Notes under the pieces: generated by a model | Databases searched by the model: none | Told to the model about the DNA's origin: nothing | The model's input: the letters and a program-made list of their open reading frames with translations, nothing else | Part shown: positions 55,783 to 64,000 of the stretch, piece by piece | Numbering within the stretch: the stretch's first letter is position 1 | Layout of the letters: the number at the start of each line of letters is the position of its first letter | Position numbers and translations under genes: made by a program | NCBI GenBank assembly: GCA_963695855.1 | Contig: CAVOHZ010000004.1 | Location: forward strand, 1 to 64,000 | Origin: an uncultured Nitrososphaerales archaeon | GTDB taxonomy: Archaea; Thermoproteota; Nitrososphaeria; Nitrososphaerales; Nitrososphaeraceae | Direction: 5' to 3' | DNA: 64,000 nt

Positions 55783-56106
55783 TCAAGATTTAATAATATT
55801 TAAAATAAATTCTTTTTCTTCTTTTATCTCTTTTTCCCATGTCTGTTTATATATAAATTTAATTTTGGTTTTCCCTACCTTTATAGTTCTAAACTTTATA
55901 GATTGAATTGAACTACTGCCCATAGTGGTAGTAGCATCTGTGGATTTTTCGTTTTTATCAGAAATTAATTCTAAAAATTCATTGTCAAATATGTAAGTCC
56001 ATCGATAACCGGCAGTTCCTCTTTTTTCGAGTCGGATATCAAAATCCTGGCCCAGAATTACTGAAAATTCATCTGGACCATGATTTGATACCGATCTGTA
56101 ATTCAT
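55783..56106 (-). CDS. Chagasin-family (I42) cysteine protease inhibitor
   Basis: GTAGYRW, MGSSS and YKQTWE correspond to the three chagasin binding loops. Confidence 0.82.
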   Translation of the reverse strand: MNYRSVSNHGPDEFSVILGQDFDIRLEKRGTAGYRWTYIFDNEFLELISDKNEKSTDATTTMGSSSIQSIKFRTIKVGKTKIKFIYKQTWEKEIKEEKEFILNIIKS

Positions 56107-56130
56107 GATATTTTCATTTATATCATATCT

Positions 56131-57042
56131 TTATAATATTATATCACTTGCATTACCTATAGTTACAATTGGAGTCTTCATAGTTGTCATAGGATCAAAT
56201 TTACTGAGAATTCCAAAATCTAGATCAGTAAGAGATGCTATCGTTTTTATTTGAACTTGATATGTTTCATATTTGCCATATACAAATTTTAGTCCATCAA
56301 TCAATTTTTTTTGAGTTTGAATATATGCAGTGGCCGAAATATTTCTATCTTTCTTTATGATTGTGACTACTTTCCAAAAATCTGCAGGAATAAGGAAACG
56401 ATCTTTATAGAGTAGGTCATCTTTTCGAAAAACTGGACCAGTGAAAACATTGACTTTAAGATCATAAAGATCGGCATTTTCTAATATATAATCTTCTAAT
56501 TTTAGCCATGTTTTTTGATTAAGATCTTTGTGTTGTGGTGAACAGTTAGTAAAATGAAATGTATCTTCATTTGCATTCACATAATTATCTCCCCAAACAG
56601 GATCCAATCTACGAACCAGATGACCTCTGTCAAGATCATTTTTTGAATAGACTTCTGGTCCATATTGATACTTTTTATCAATTCTAGGATCAAAATACCA
56701 TATGTCTTTTTCTCTATCTAATTTCTTTAACTTTGAACCATCAATATTTACAGCAGTAAAGAACGCAAGACACCTAGATTTACTCATAACTACGGAAAAA
56801 TTGGCATATTTTAGTTCATGATCATCATTTTTTCTCAATTTTACACAATCTACAATCATAGGATCAGATAAATTGGGTAAAGGAATGGTCTCTTCTAAAA
56901 AATCCAAGTTATAGCCTTCGCGATTGTTATAGAGACTAGGATCTTTTTCAATAATATTCATCTGTTCAAATGGAAGATTTCCTGACATTGGATATTTATG
57001 ATTTATAATATTTTTAAATATTCTCATTCCTCTCTTAAACAA
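56131..57042 (-). CDS. DNA/RNA non-specific endonuclease (NucA/EndoG, His-Me finger)
   Basis: LDRGHLVRR, TFHFTNCSPQH..LNQ..W..LE, VFTGP, IPADFWKV. Confidence 0.93.
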   Translation of the reverse strand: MFKRGMRIFKNIINHKYPMSGNLPFEQMNIIEKDPSLYNNREGYNLDFLEETIPLPNLSDPMIVDCVKLRKNDDHELKYANFSVVMSKSRCLAFFTAVNIDGSKLKKLDREKDIWYFDPRIDKKYQYGPEVYSKNDLDRGHLVRRLDPVWGDNYVNANEDTFHFTNCSPQHKDLNQKTWLKLEDYILENADLYDLKVNVFTGPVFRKDDLLYKDRFLIPADFWKVVTIIKKDRNISATAYIQTQKKLIDGLKFVYGKYETYQVQIKTIASLTDLDFGILSKFDPMTTMKTPIVTIGNASDIIL

Positions 57043-57368
57043 ACTGTTGATTATATTTCAACTTCTTTGGTTTTTACATAATTCAGAAAACTAAAATTTT
57101 CATAATAAGAATATTTCGACATATTTTATTTCAAAGATAATTAATAAATATTTAGAGAACAATAAGATCAAGTTATCCTTAAAGAGACCATTATCGATAA
57201 TCTTTTTAATTGTAATTAACCAATAAAACAACTATACAATATTATACATTAAAATGCAGATAATATAATAGATAAGATCCAAATGTGATTAATTAAATTA
57301 TGGACTTATGTAAATATGAAATTCTTGAAATCTAAAAAATTTAAATACAATTGTTTTAAACAACTAAC

Positions 57369-58229
57369 ATGACAATCGGATTATCGTTAAACATTGGATT
57401 AAATAAAGTAGATCCAAATCATTATGAAGGATGGGATGGTCAATTAAGCGCTTGTGAGTTTGATGCAGATGATATGGCTGAAATAGCTAGAGCAGAAGGT
57501 TTTGAGATACAAAAGCTTATTACGACAGATGCAACTGTAAAAAATGTTGTAAAAAATATCACAGATGCTTCTGAAAAGTTAGAATCAGGAGACATATTCC
57601 TTTTAACATATTCAGGTCATGGGGGAAAATTAAAAGATTTAAATAGAGACGAAAAAGATTTTGAGGATGAAACTTGGTGTCTGTATGATAGACAGTTTGT
57701 AGATGATGAGTTAAATGACTGTCTTTCAAAATTCAAAGAGGGTGTACGTATCTTTGTACTATCAGATAGCTGTCATAGTGGTACAGTAATAAGAGAAATT
57801 AATGGAACATTTATACAAGTTAATCCTCAGTATGAAAAAATTGATGTCAGAAATACTAATGTGGATAAGAACGGAGTCAAGTATAGATTTGTTCCTGATG
57901 CCGTACTAAATAGAGTTTATAGTCGTCATAAAGGACTATATGATCAAATCCTTTCCGATAAAAATTTAAAAGAGTCAGAAGATAAAGTTAAAGCCTCAGC
58001 GATTTTGATTTCAGGATGTCAGGATAATCAATTTTCACAAGATGGGACATATAATGGACTTTTTACAGCTAATCTGCTAAATGTTTGGGACGATGGACAA
58101 TTTAAGGATTCATATAAAACCTTTCATAAAAGAATCGTAAGTCAAATGCCATCAGAGCAGACTCCAAATTATTATGTAATTGGTAAACCTAACCTGGATT
58201 TCGAGAAGAAAATTCCCTTTAAAATATAG
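57369..58229 (+). CDS. Caspase-family (C14, metacaspase-like) protease
   Basis: TYSGHG and SDSCHSG dyad, with a p10-like ISGCQDNQFSQD...NGLFT...QTPN. Confidence 0.93.
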   Translation: MTIGLSLNIGLNKVDPNHYEGWDGQLSACEFDADDMAEIARAEGFEIQKLITTDATVKNVVKNITDASEKLESGDIFLLTYSGHGGKLKDLNRDEKDFEDETWCLYDRQFVDDELNDCLSKFKEGVRIFVLSDSCHSGTVIREINGTFIQVNPQYEKIDVRNTNVDKNGVKYRFVPDAVLNRVYSRHKGLYDQILSDKNLKESEDKVKASAILISGCQDNQFSQDGTYNGLFTANLLNVWDDGQFKDSYKTFHKRIVSQMPSEQTPNYYVIGKPNLDFEKKIPFKI

Positions 58230-58358
58230 TAATCGACTGAAATTTTTCAGTTTTTATAATTTTTTTATTTTTTATTTCAAAAATATATGATATTTCTTGA
58301 TAATTAAACATACGCATGACAACAATCTCTTTATACAAGAATTTCAATTGAAAACATA

Positions 58359-59828
58359 TTGGTCCTGAGAACAAAAATATTGTTTGTTTCATCGGTACCA
58401 GAAGATAAAAATTATATCGATGTTGGTCAAGAGAGCGATATAATATCTGAAGTTCTTGGAATAATGAAGCAAGATAGCAAATTTCAGTTTATTCATAAAC
58501 ATGGCATAATCAGGGGAAAATTTCGAGAAATTCTACAAGATTATAAACCAGATATAATTCATTTTTCAGGACACGGAGGAGAAAAAGAAGGTCTTGTATT
58601 TCAAGATAATGAAGAAATTTCAAAGGAGATGTTAAGAGATATTTTTGATGGTTTACATAATGTACAATTAATTTATCTAAATGCATGTTATTCAGCAAAA
58701 CAGACAGATGCAATCAAAAATTTAACTAATGTCAAAAATATTATTGGGATGAATAAATCAATAGCTGATTATATTGCTATTCAATTTTCTACAAATTTTT
58801 ATAAAAATTATAAAAGAATCGAAATGATAAAAGAATCTTTCAGAGACACGTTTAACAATTTTAGACAAGAATATCCAGATATAGTTAATTTACCTGAACT
58901 AGTTAAAATAGATGAAAAAATAGAGATCAACGATTCTTTGGATAATCAAGATGAAATTGATCTCAAGAAAAAAAGTTCAAGAAGATTGGTTCAGAATCGG
59001 CAAATTTCTATAGACCTTTTATCACAAATTGATCAATCAATAAAAATATTTGATGAAAAAGTTGTTAAAAATGAAGTTGAACCAGAAAAGTTCTGGAAAG
59101 GAGAAACTTCTGTTAACCTCTCAAAAATTTTAATTATATTAGATTCATATTCAGAAGAATATGGTCTTTCCGATATTGAATTAAAAATAGTGAGAGGCAA
59201 TTTTAGAACAGCTGAAACCTTATTTCATACACTTACTTTTAAATCGAATTCAACAGAACTTGCAAGTAAAGAAATAATGCAAAGAAAGATGATAAAATGT
59301 TATGAGGAAATTATAAAAGTGTTAAGAAAATTACTTTTTAATTATAAACTTGATTCTATTCAAAAAATTCAACCCCTTTTCCCACAGGATTCTAGCAGGA
59401 ATATGTTATCTGATACATTATACAAGATTCAATCTTTATCTATTTCGTTAAATACTCTAAAGAATAAAATATTACAATCTATCTTAAGAAATGACGATCC
59501 ACTTGTTCAATCTAATTCTAAGGCCGAATATTTTAATATTTTATTTCATTTAAAGATAGAATATAATAATTTTATAAAATTTATGGAAAAAGAATTTGAT
59601 CCGAACATAGTAGAGAGGAATGTGAATGTCACGAACCTATTTTCAAACCTGAATGATAAATTAATCCTCGAACGAATAAATACAATAGGACTCTATGAAA
59701 GTTTAACCAATATTTATGATATTCAAGATGAATTAGGAAAAATTTTTGAAACATGTGTAGTATTTTTGGATAATATTAACAGAAAGATGAAGTCTGGGAT
59801 ATCGAACTATGAACCAGGAAACAGATAA
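58359..59828 (+). CDS. CHAT-domain (caspase-like) protein with a long helical C-terminal region
   Basis: KILFVSSVP, PDIIHFSGHG, LIYLNACYS, IIGM...AIQFSTNFY. Confidence 0.87.
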   Translation: MVLRTKILFVSSVPEDKNYIDVGQESDIISEVLGIMKQDSKFQFIHKHGIIRGKFREILQDYKPDIIHFSGHGGEKEGLVFQDNEEISKEMLRDIFDGLHNVQLIYLNACYSAKQTDAIKNLTNVKNIIGMNKSIADYIAIQFSTNFYKNYKRIEMIKESFRDTFNNFRQEYPDIVNLPELVKIDEKIEINDSLDNQDEIDLKKKSSRRLVQNRQISIDLLSQIDQSIKIFDEKVVKNEVEPEKFWKGETSVNLSKILIILDSYSEEYGLSDIELKIVRGNFRTAETLFHTLTFKSNSTELASKEIMQRKMIKCYEEIIKVLRKLLFNYKLDSIQKIQPLFPQDSSRNMLSDTLYKIQSLSISLNTLKNKILQSILRNDDPLVQSNSKAEYFNILFHLKIEYNNFIKFMEKEFDPNIVERNVNVTNLFSNLNDKLILERINTIGLYESLTNIYDIQDELGKIFETCVVFLDNINRKMKSGISNYEPGNR

Positions 59829-61428
59829 TTATATTAAAAAAGGTTCTCAAGATACCCAATCTTTAGAATCAGAAAGGGAGGAATTTAATAAAGAATTATT
59901 AGAGCTTTTGAAAAAGATAGATATTGACCAAAAAGATCCTCTAGTAATTAATCAACTATTTGTAGAAATAACAAAAAAAGTCAATGAAATTTGTGAAGTC
60001 TATTACGAATATGAGGAATATGAGAAGATTCTTTCTTATTATAATGCAGTATATGAGAAATATTTAGTGGCATTAGATTCACTGGAGGATTCAGAGGCAC
60101 AATATGGATATTATCTTCCAATAATAAGAGAATCATTTGAATACTGGAAGACAAGAATCCACTGGCTAAAAAAGGAACATACAAGAAAAACTATCAATAA
60201 TGGGAACCTGTTCTTGATCGAAGGCAAATTTGAGAGTGCTTTATATAACTTTGATCACGCATTGAAATATGATAGAAATAATCAGGAATTATTAAACAAA
60301 AAAGGCATTTCGCTATTTTTTCTTGAAAAATATAATGAATCATTAAAATGTTTTGAGGATGCATCAAGGTTATCAGAAAATCGTATACATATATTATATA
60401 ATATAGCTCTTACAAATGAACAATTAAAAAACATTTCAAAAGCTATTGAATTTTATAATAAGATATTAGAGGTTGACGAAAATAATCCATATGCGATGAC
60501 ATCGTTGGGTATTCTTTACTATGAAGAAGAAAATTATAAACTGGCTAAAGAGTACATCCAAAGGGCTTACCAAATTCAAAAGAATGATTGGAGGATCCCT
60601 CTTGCACTAGGATGTATATTAAGTGAAGGATTTGCAGAATATAATAGTGCAAAGAAATATTTTGAAACAGCCATTATGTTGAATCCCAATTCATCCTTAA
60701 TAAAATTGAATTTGGCAAATGTATTGCTCCTTCTTGGAGAATACAACAAAAGTGTAGAGATTTTGAAGAATGTTTCAATAGGAATGGAAAATGTCGAAGA
60801 CAGGTCAAGAGCAATAATATTGAGAATACTACAAATATGCACCAATTACCTCCTCAAAAAAGAAATATCAAATGATCTAATTGAAGAATTGGTCAAATAT
60901 TGCAATTTAAAAGATTTGAATCTTGTTAGCTGGAATTTTAAGAATCTAAAAAATTATGTTTTGAAAATAAATATGGAGTCGAAAACAAAAGACATATTAT
61001 GTTCTATCCTTTCTATTTCAGAGTTAGATGAAAACAGTAAAAAAATTTATTTAGATAGAATCCTTGCAGATTCAGAGAGTATTTTACTTCAAAAAAATAA
61101 TGTAACAAATGTGGATCAGGTAAAAGAGATTTTATTTATAGATCCGGAACAAATAGAGATATCACAAGACACAGAGCCAAACATAATAGAAAAAGGTTCG
61201 TATAATTGGAGACTTTATGTAAAAGCACCTGAACATATATTGTCTTTATTTGAATCTGTTGAATATATTTTAGATCCTAACTATTCAAAAAATATTCAAA
61301 GTGCATTTTCCAAAGATAATGGATTTGCGATCGAGGGAACTGGAAGATTTAATTCTAATGTTGAGATCAAAATAATGATGAAAGACAAATCAATCATCAA
61401 GAAATATATAAAATTGAAGTTCTCGTAA
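59809..61428 (+). CDS. TPR-repeat protein with a C-terminal pYEATS-like domain
   Basis: About 6 TPR motifs. The last ~75 aa (YNWRLYV...ESVEYILDPNY...DNGFAIEGTG...VEIKI) follow the YEATS pattern (V.Y.LHP.F...F.....GWG). Overlaps the CHAT gene by 20 nt. Confidence 0.82.
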   Translation: MNQETDNYIKKGSQDTQSLESEREEFNKELLELLKKIDIDQKDPLVINQLFVEITKKVNEICEVYYEYEEYEKILSYYNAVYEKYLVALDSLEDSEAQYGYYLPIIRESFEYWKTRIHWLKKEHTRKTINNGNLFLIEGKFESALYNFDHALKYDRNNQELLNKKGISLFFLEKYNESLKCFEDASRLSENRIHILYNIALTNEQLKNISKAIEFYNKILEVDENNPYAMTSLGILYYEEENYKLAKEYIQRAYQIQKNDWRIPLALGCILSEGFAEYNSAKKYFETAIMLNPNSSLIKLNLANVLLLLGEYNKSVEILKNVSIGMENVEDRSRAIILRILQICTNYLLKKEISNDLIEELVKYCNLKDLNLVSWNFKNLKNYVLKINMESKTKDILCSILSISELDENSKKIYLDRILADSESILLQKNNVTNVDQVKEILFIDPEQIEISQDTEPNIIEKGSYNWRLYVKAPEHILSLFESVEYILDPNYSKNIQSAFSKDNGFAIEGTGRFNSNVEIKIMMKDKSIIKKYIKLKFS

Positions 61429-61959
61429 AACGATATTTGAAACCATGACTAAAAATAAAAATTTAAATTGATATTTTCAATTCTATTTTTTGAATCAAAT
61501 TAAAAACATTCATTCGTAAATTGTGGATTCAATAAATTTGTCAAACCCTAAATAGAAATTATATTACAGAATTACTTTGATATGACACAATAATTTGAAA
61601 AATAATAATAAAATATTTTTTTAAAATATTTTTTTAATTAATATGTCGTGTCTATTATTATAAAAAAATTCAGGTATTCATCTGTTTCTATACACTGCCT
61701 GAGATACTAGATATGACGAATAGTACTATAATAATAAAAGAACATAAAATAAAAATTGTTTATTTTTAAATCATTATTCGCAATGTAATTAGTATCCTTA
61801 ATATAATTAATATTTAGTTTTATCTGTTTTATAGAAATAATAGTCTTTCAATATATAAATAACGTAAAACTATGAATCTTGTATTACCTTTGATTATTTG
61901 AATTGAGTTATCAAATTATAAAAATGTTAATAATATGTTTGTTTTGAATAAAGTAAAGC

Positions 61960-63048
61960 ATGAGATATAAAAAAATAACTAACTCGAATTTGATAACAGA
62001 TTACAAATGTTTTTGTTCCTACATACCTATTTCGGTACTTGAAAATTTAGCACGTGCAGGAGTAAAAGAAGCGTTACTAAGTATTAATCAAAGTAAAATT
62101 TATCGTGAAAAAAGAGATTTGAAGGATGTAAAAATAGAAAATTTTATGAAAGAATTTACCTCAACAAAAATGGTAGGAAATGCATCAAGAAGTGTCTATG
62201 ACTGTAACAAATGGGAACAGAGAGTATGAAAGCCGGTTAGAAAAGAGAACGGAGGACCCAGTTCAGACGAAACAGTAAATACAGTTTATGATTATGCGGG
62301 AAAAGTTAGAGATTATTTTCTAGAGAAACACAATAATAGAAAATCAATAGATGATGCCAATATGAATCTGTTACTAAATGTCCATTATGGGGAAAAGTAT
62401 CAGAATGCATACTGGGATGGTGATGAAATGACTTTTGGAGATGGAGACGGCGAAATATTTTTGGATTTTGCCAATTCACTAGATGTTATTGCTCATGAAC
62501 TGACACACGGTATAACACAATCGGAAGCCAATCTAGAATATAAAGGTCAATCAGGTGCATTGAATGAACATTTTTCTGATGTATTCGGTACGGTAATAAC
62601 GCAATTTGTTGAGGGACATACAGCAGAAACTGCAGATTGGCTAATAGGCGATGAAATAATGGGTCCTAAACTACGCGGTGAGGCTTTACGGTCTATGATC
62701 GAACCTGGAACTGCATATGATAACAACCTTATGGGAAAGGATCCTCAACCTTCGCATATGAAAGATTATTACAGTGGTGAGGAAGACAATTTTGGTGTTC
62801 ATATTAATAGCGGAATATTGAACAAGACATTCTATCTAGTAGCAAAGGAGATGGAATTAGGTACGAGTACCTCTGCCATCATTTGGTATGATGCATTAGA
62901 AAACCTTTGGCCAACTGCAAAGTTCAATGATGCGGTAAAAGTTATTGTTAGATCGGCACAAACACTGACTGAAAAGAAGAAGGTTCCGAAAGGTTCTGCT
63001 CAAAAAATACGTGCAGCTTTTAGAGAGGTTGGACTTCCCTCTTTATAA
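61960..63048 (+). CDS. Protealysin-like M4 metalloprotease, split by a frameshift near 62225
   Basis: Propeptide-like CSYIPISVL in 61960..62229. NAYWDG, HELTHG, GALNEHFSD and GVHINSG in 62362..63048, whose frame is open back to about 62230. Confidence 0.88.
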
Positions 63049-63137
63049 GATACTAAGACTATACAATGATTTTGATAGTTTTTTATTTCTTGACGATAAC
63101 AAAATATATTTGAAATTTATCTGGATATCATCGATAA

Positions 63138-63460
63138 ATGATAGAAATAGATTTTTCTTTTTCTGGTGGATATGCGAATCTGAGAGGTTCTTTTAAAGGA
63201 AAAATAGAAAATTTACCAGACAACATCACCAGTGAGATAAATAAGATTTTGGAAGAATCTAAAATATTTGATTCAGATTTTGAACCGAAACAACAAAAAA
63301 ATTCATCGTGTCCTCCAGATGTATCTTCATATACGCTTGTCCTAAATAAGAACAGGGAAAAAAAGGAACTATCTTTTAATGACACACAATTCCTAAAGCT
63401 TTACATCCATTAATAGCTCATTTAAGAGAATTCACACTACATAAAAAAAGTTTCCGTTAG
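63138..63460 (+). CDS. Emfourin-like (M4in) protealysin inhibitor; probable frameshift near 63389
   Basis: I.F..SGGYA, PDVSSYTLV and SFND. An alternative frame continues IPKALHPLIAHL to a stop at 63460. Directly follows the M4 gene. Confidence 0.75.
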
Positions 63461-64000
63461 ATAATCATAAAAATATGTATTGCGTATCTAAATTTTATGA
63501 TAATATAGTATAGTTTCCTATTTTTAGGATTATATTTCTTGTATCTGTATAAATTAATTTCAACAATATTGAATTAAAAATAGTTCAAACAATGAGTAAC
63601 CAAATAATTCAATGTTTTTTGGTAAAATATTTACGTGATCAGTACAACATCATATTTAAAATCCTTAATATATTCTTTAAAGTGGATATAGCAGAATCCC
63701 TAAAGATTTGAACAAAAAGATATTAATTTGGAAATAATCGTAACTACACAAAACCTTTATTTTTGATATAACCCAAATTAGAAAATAATATGAATTTATG
63801 TTAGTTAATACTGGCTATGATTTTGTGATTCTCATACATTAGAAACATTATTCTAATATGTTTTAATTCAAAAATTTTACATCCTCTTACTAACAGTAAT
63901 AATATTTGGGGTACTATTATCATATGGTTTGAAAGTATTCATATCTCTAAAACTTTTTAAATACTTCCAACCAGATTTTTTTAACATATTCTTTAATTCG

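Noticed and set aside
57369-61428. Assignment to a named system (gasdermin, Craspase, Avs, CBASS)
   Set aside because: No gasdermin, Cas7-11, STAND NTPase or CD-NTase motifs are recognisable.

Overview
Very AT-rich archaeal DNA, most consistent with a soil ammonia-oxidising archaeon of the Nitrososphaeraceae (inferred from CDC48/VAT, family-5 UDG, cyclase-receiver and FxLYD proteins, and an archaeal tRNA-like 3' end). From left to right: (1) 1-8660 is the right end of a decayed integrated element, with a replication-like gene, an HTH gene, a broken type I R-M operon and wHTH genes, ending at a tRNA-3'-like att site. Two related att-like motifs follow at about 11.35 and 14.2 kb. (2) 8.7-54 kb is accessory and housekeeping genes, three IS elements with intact ends and target duplications, one IS remnant, two ComA-wHTH fusion paralogues next to a sulfonate-type ABC transporter, a Met-rich Csp3-like copper protein, CDC48, CorA and several small zinc-finger ORFs. 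(3) 54.8-63.5 kb is the most striking region: a papain protease with a chagasin-like inhibitor, a NucA/EndoG-type nuclease divergent from a metacaspase, a CHAT protease coupled to a TPR-pYEATS protein, and a protealysin-like protease with an emfourin-like inhibitor. None shows an obvious signal peptide. This is a candidate proteolytic conflict or cell-death system. Many genes are split at short homopolymers, so some frameshifts may be assembly errors. No complete tRNA, rRNA or CRISPR array was seen. All family calls come from motif recognition by eye, not database searches.
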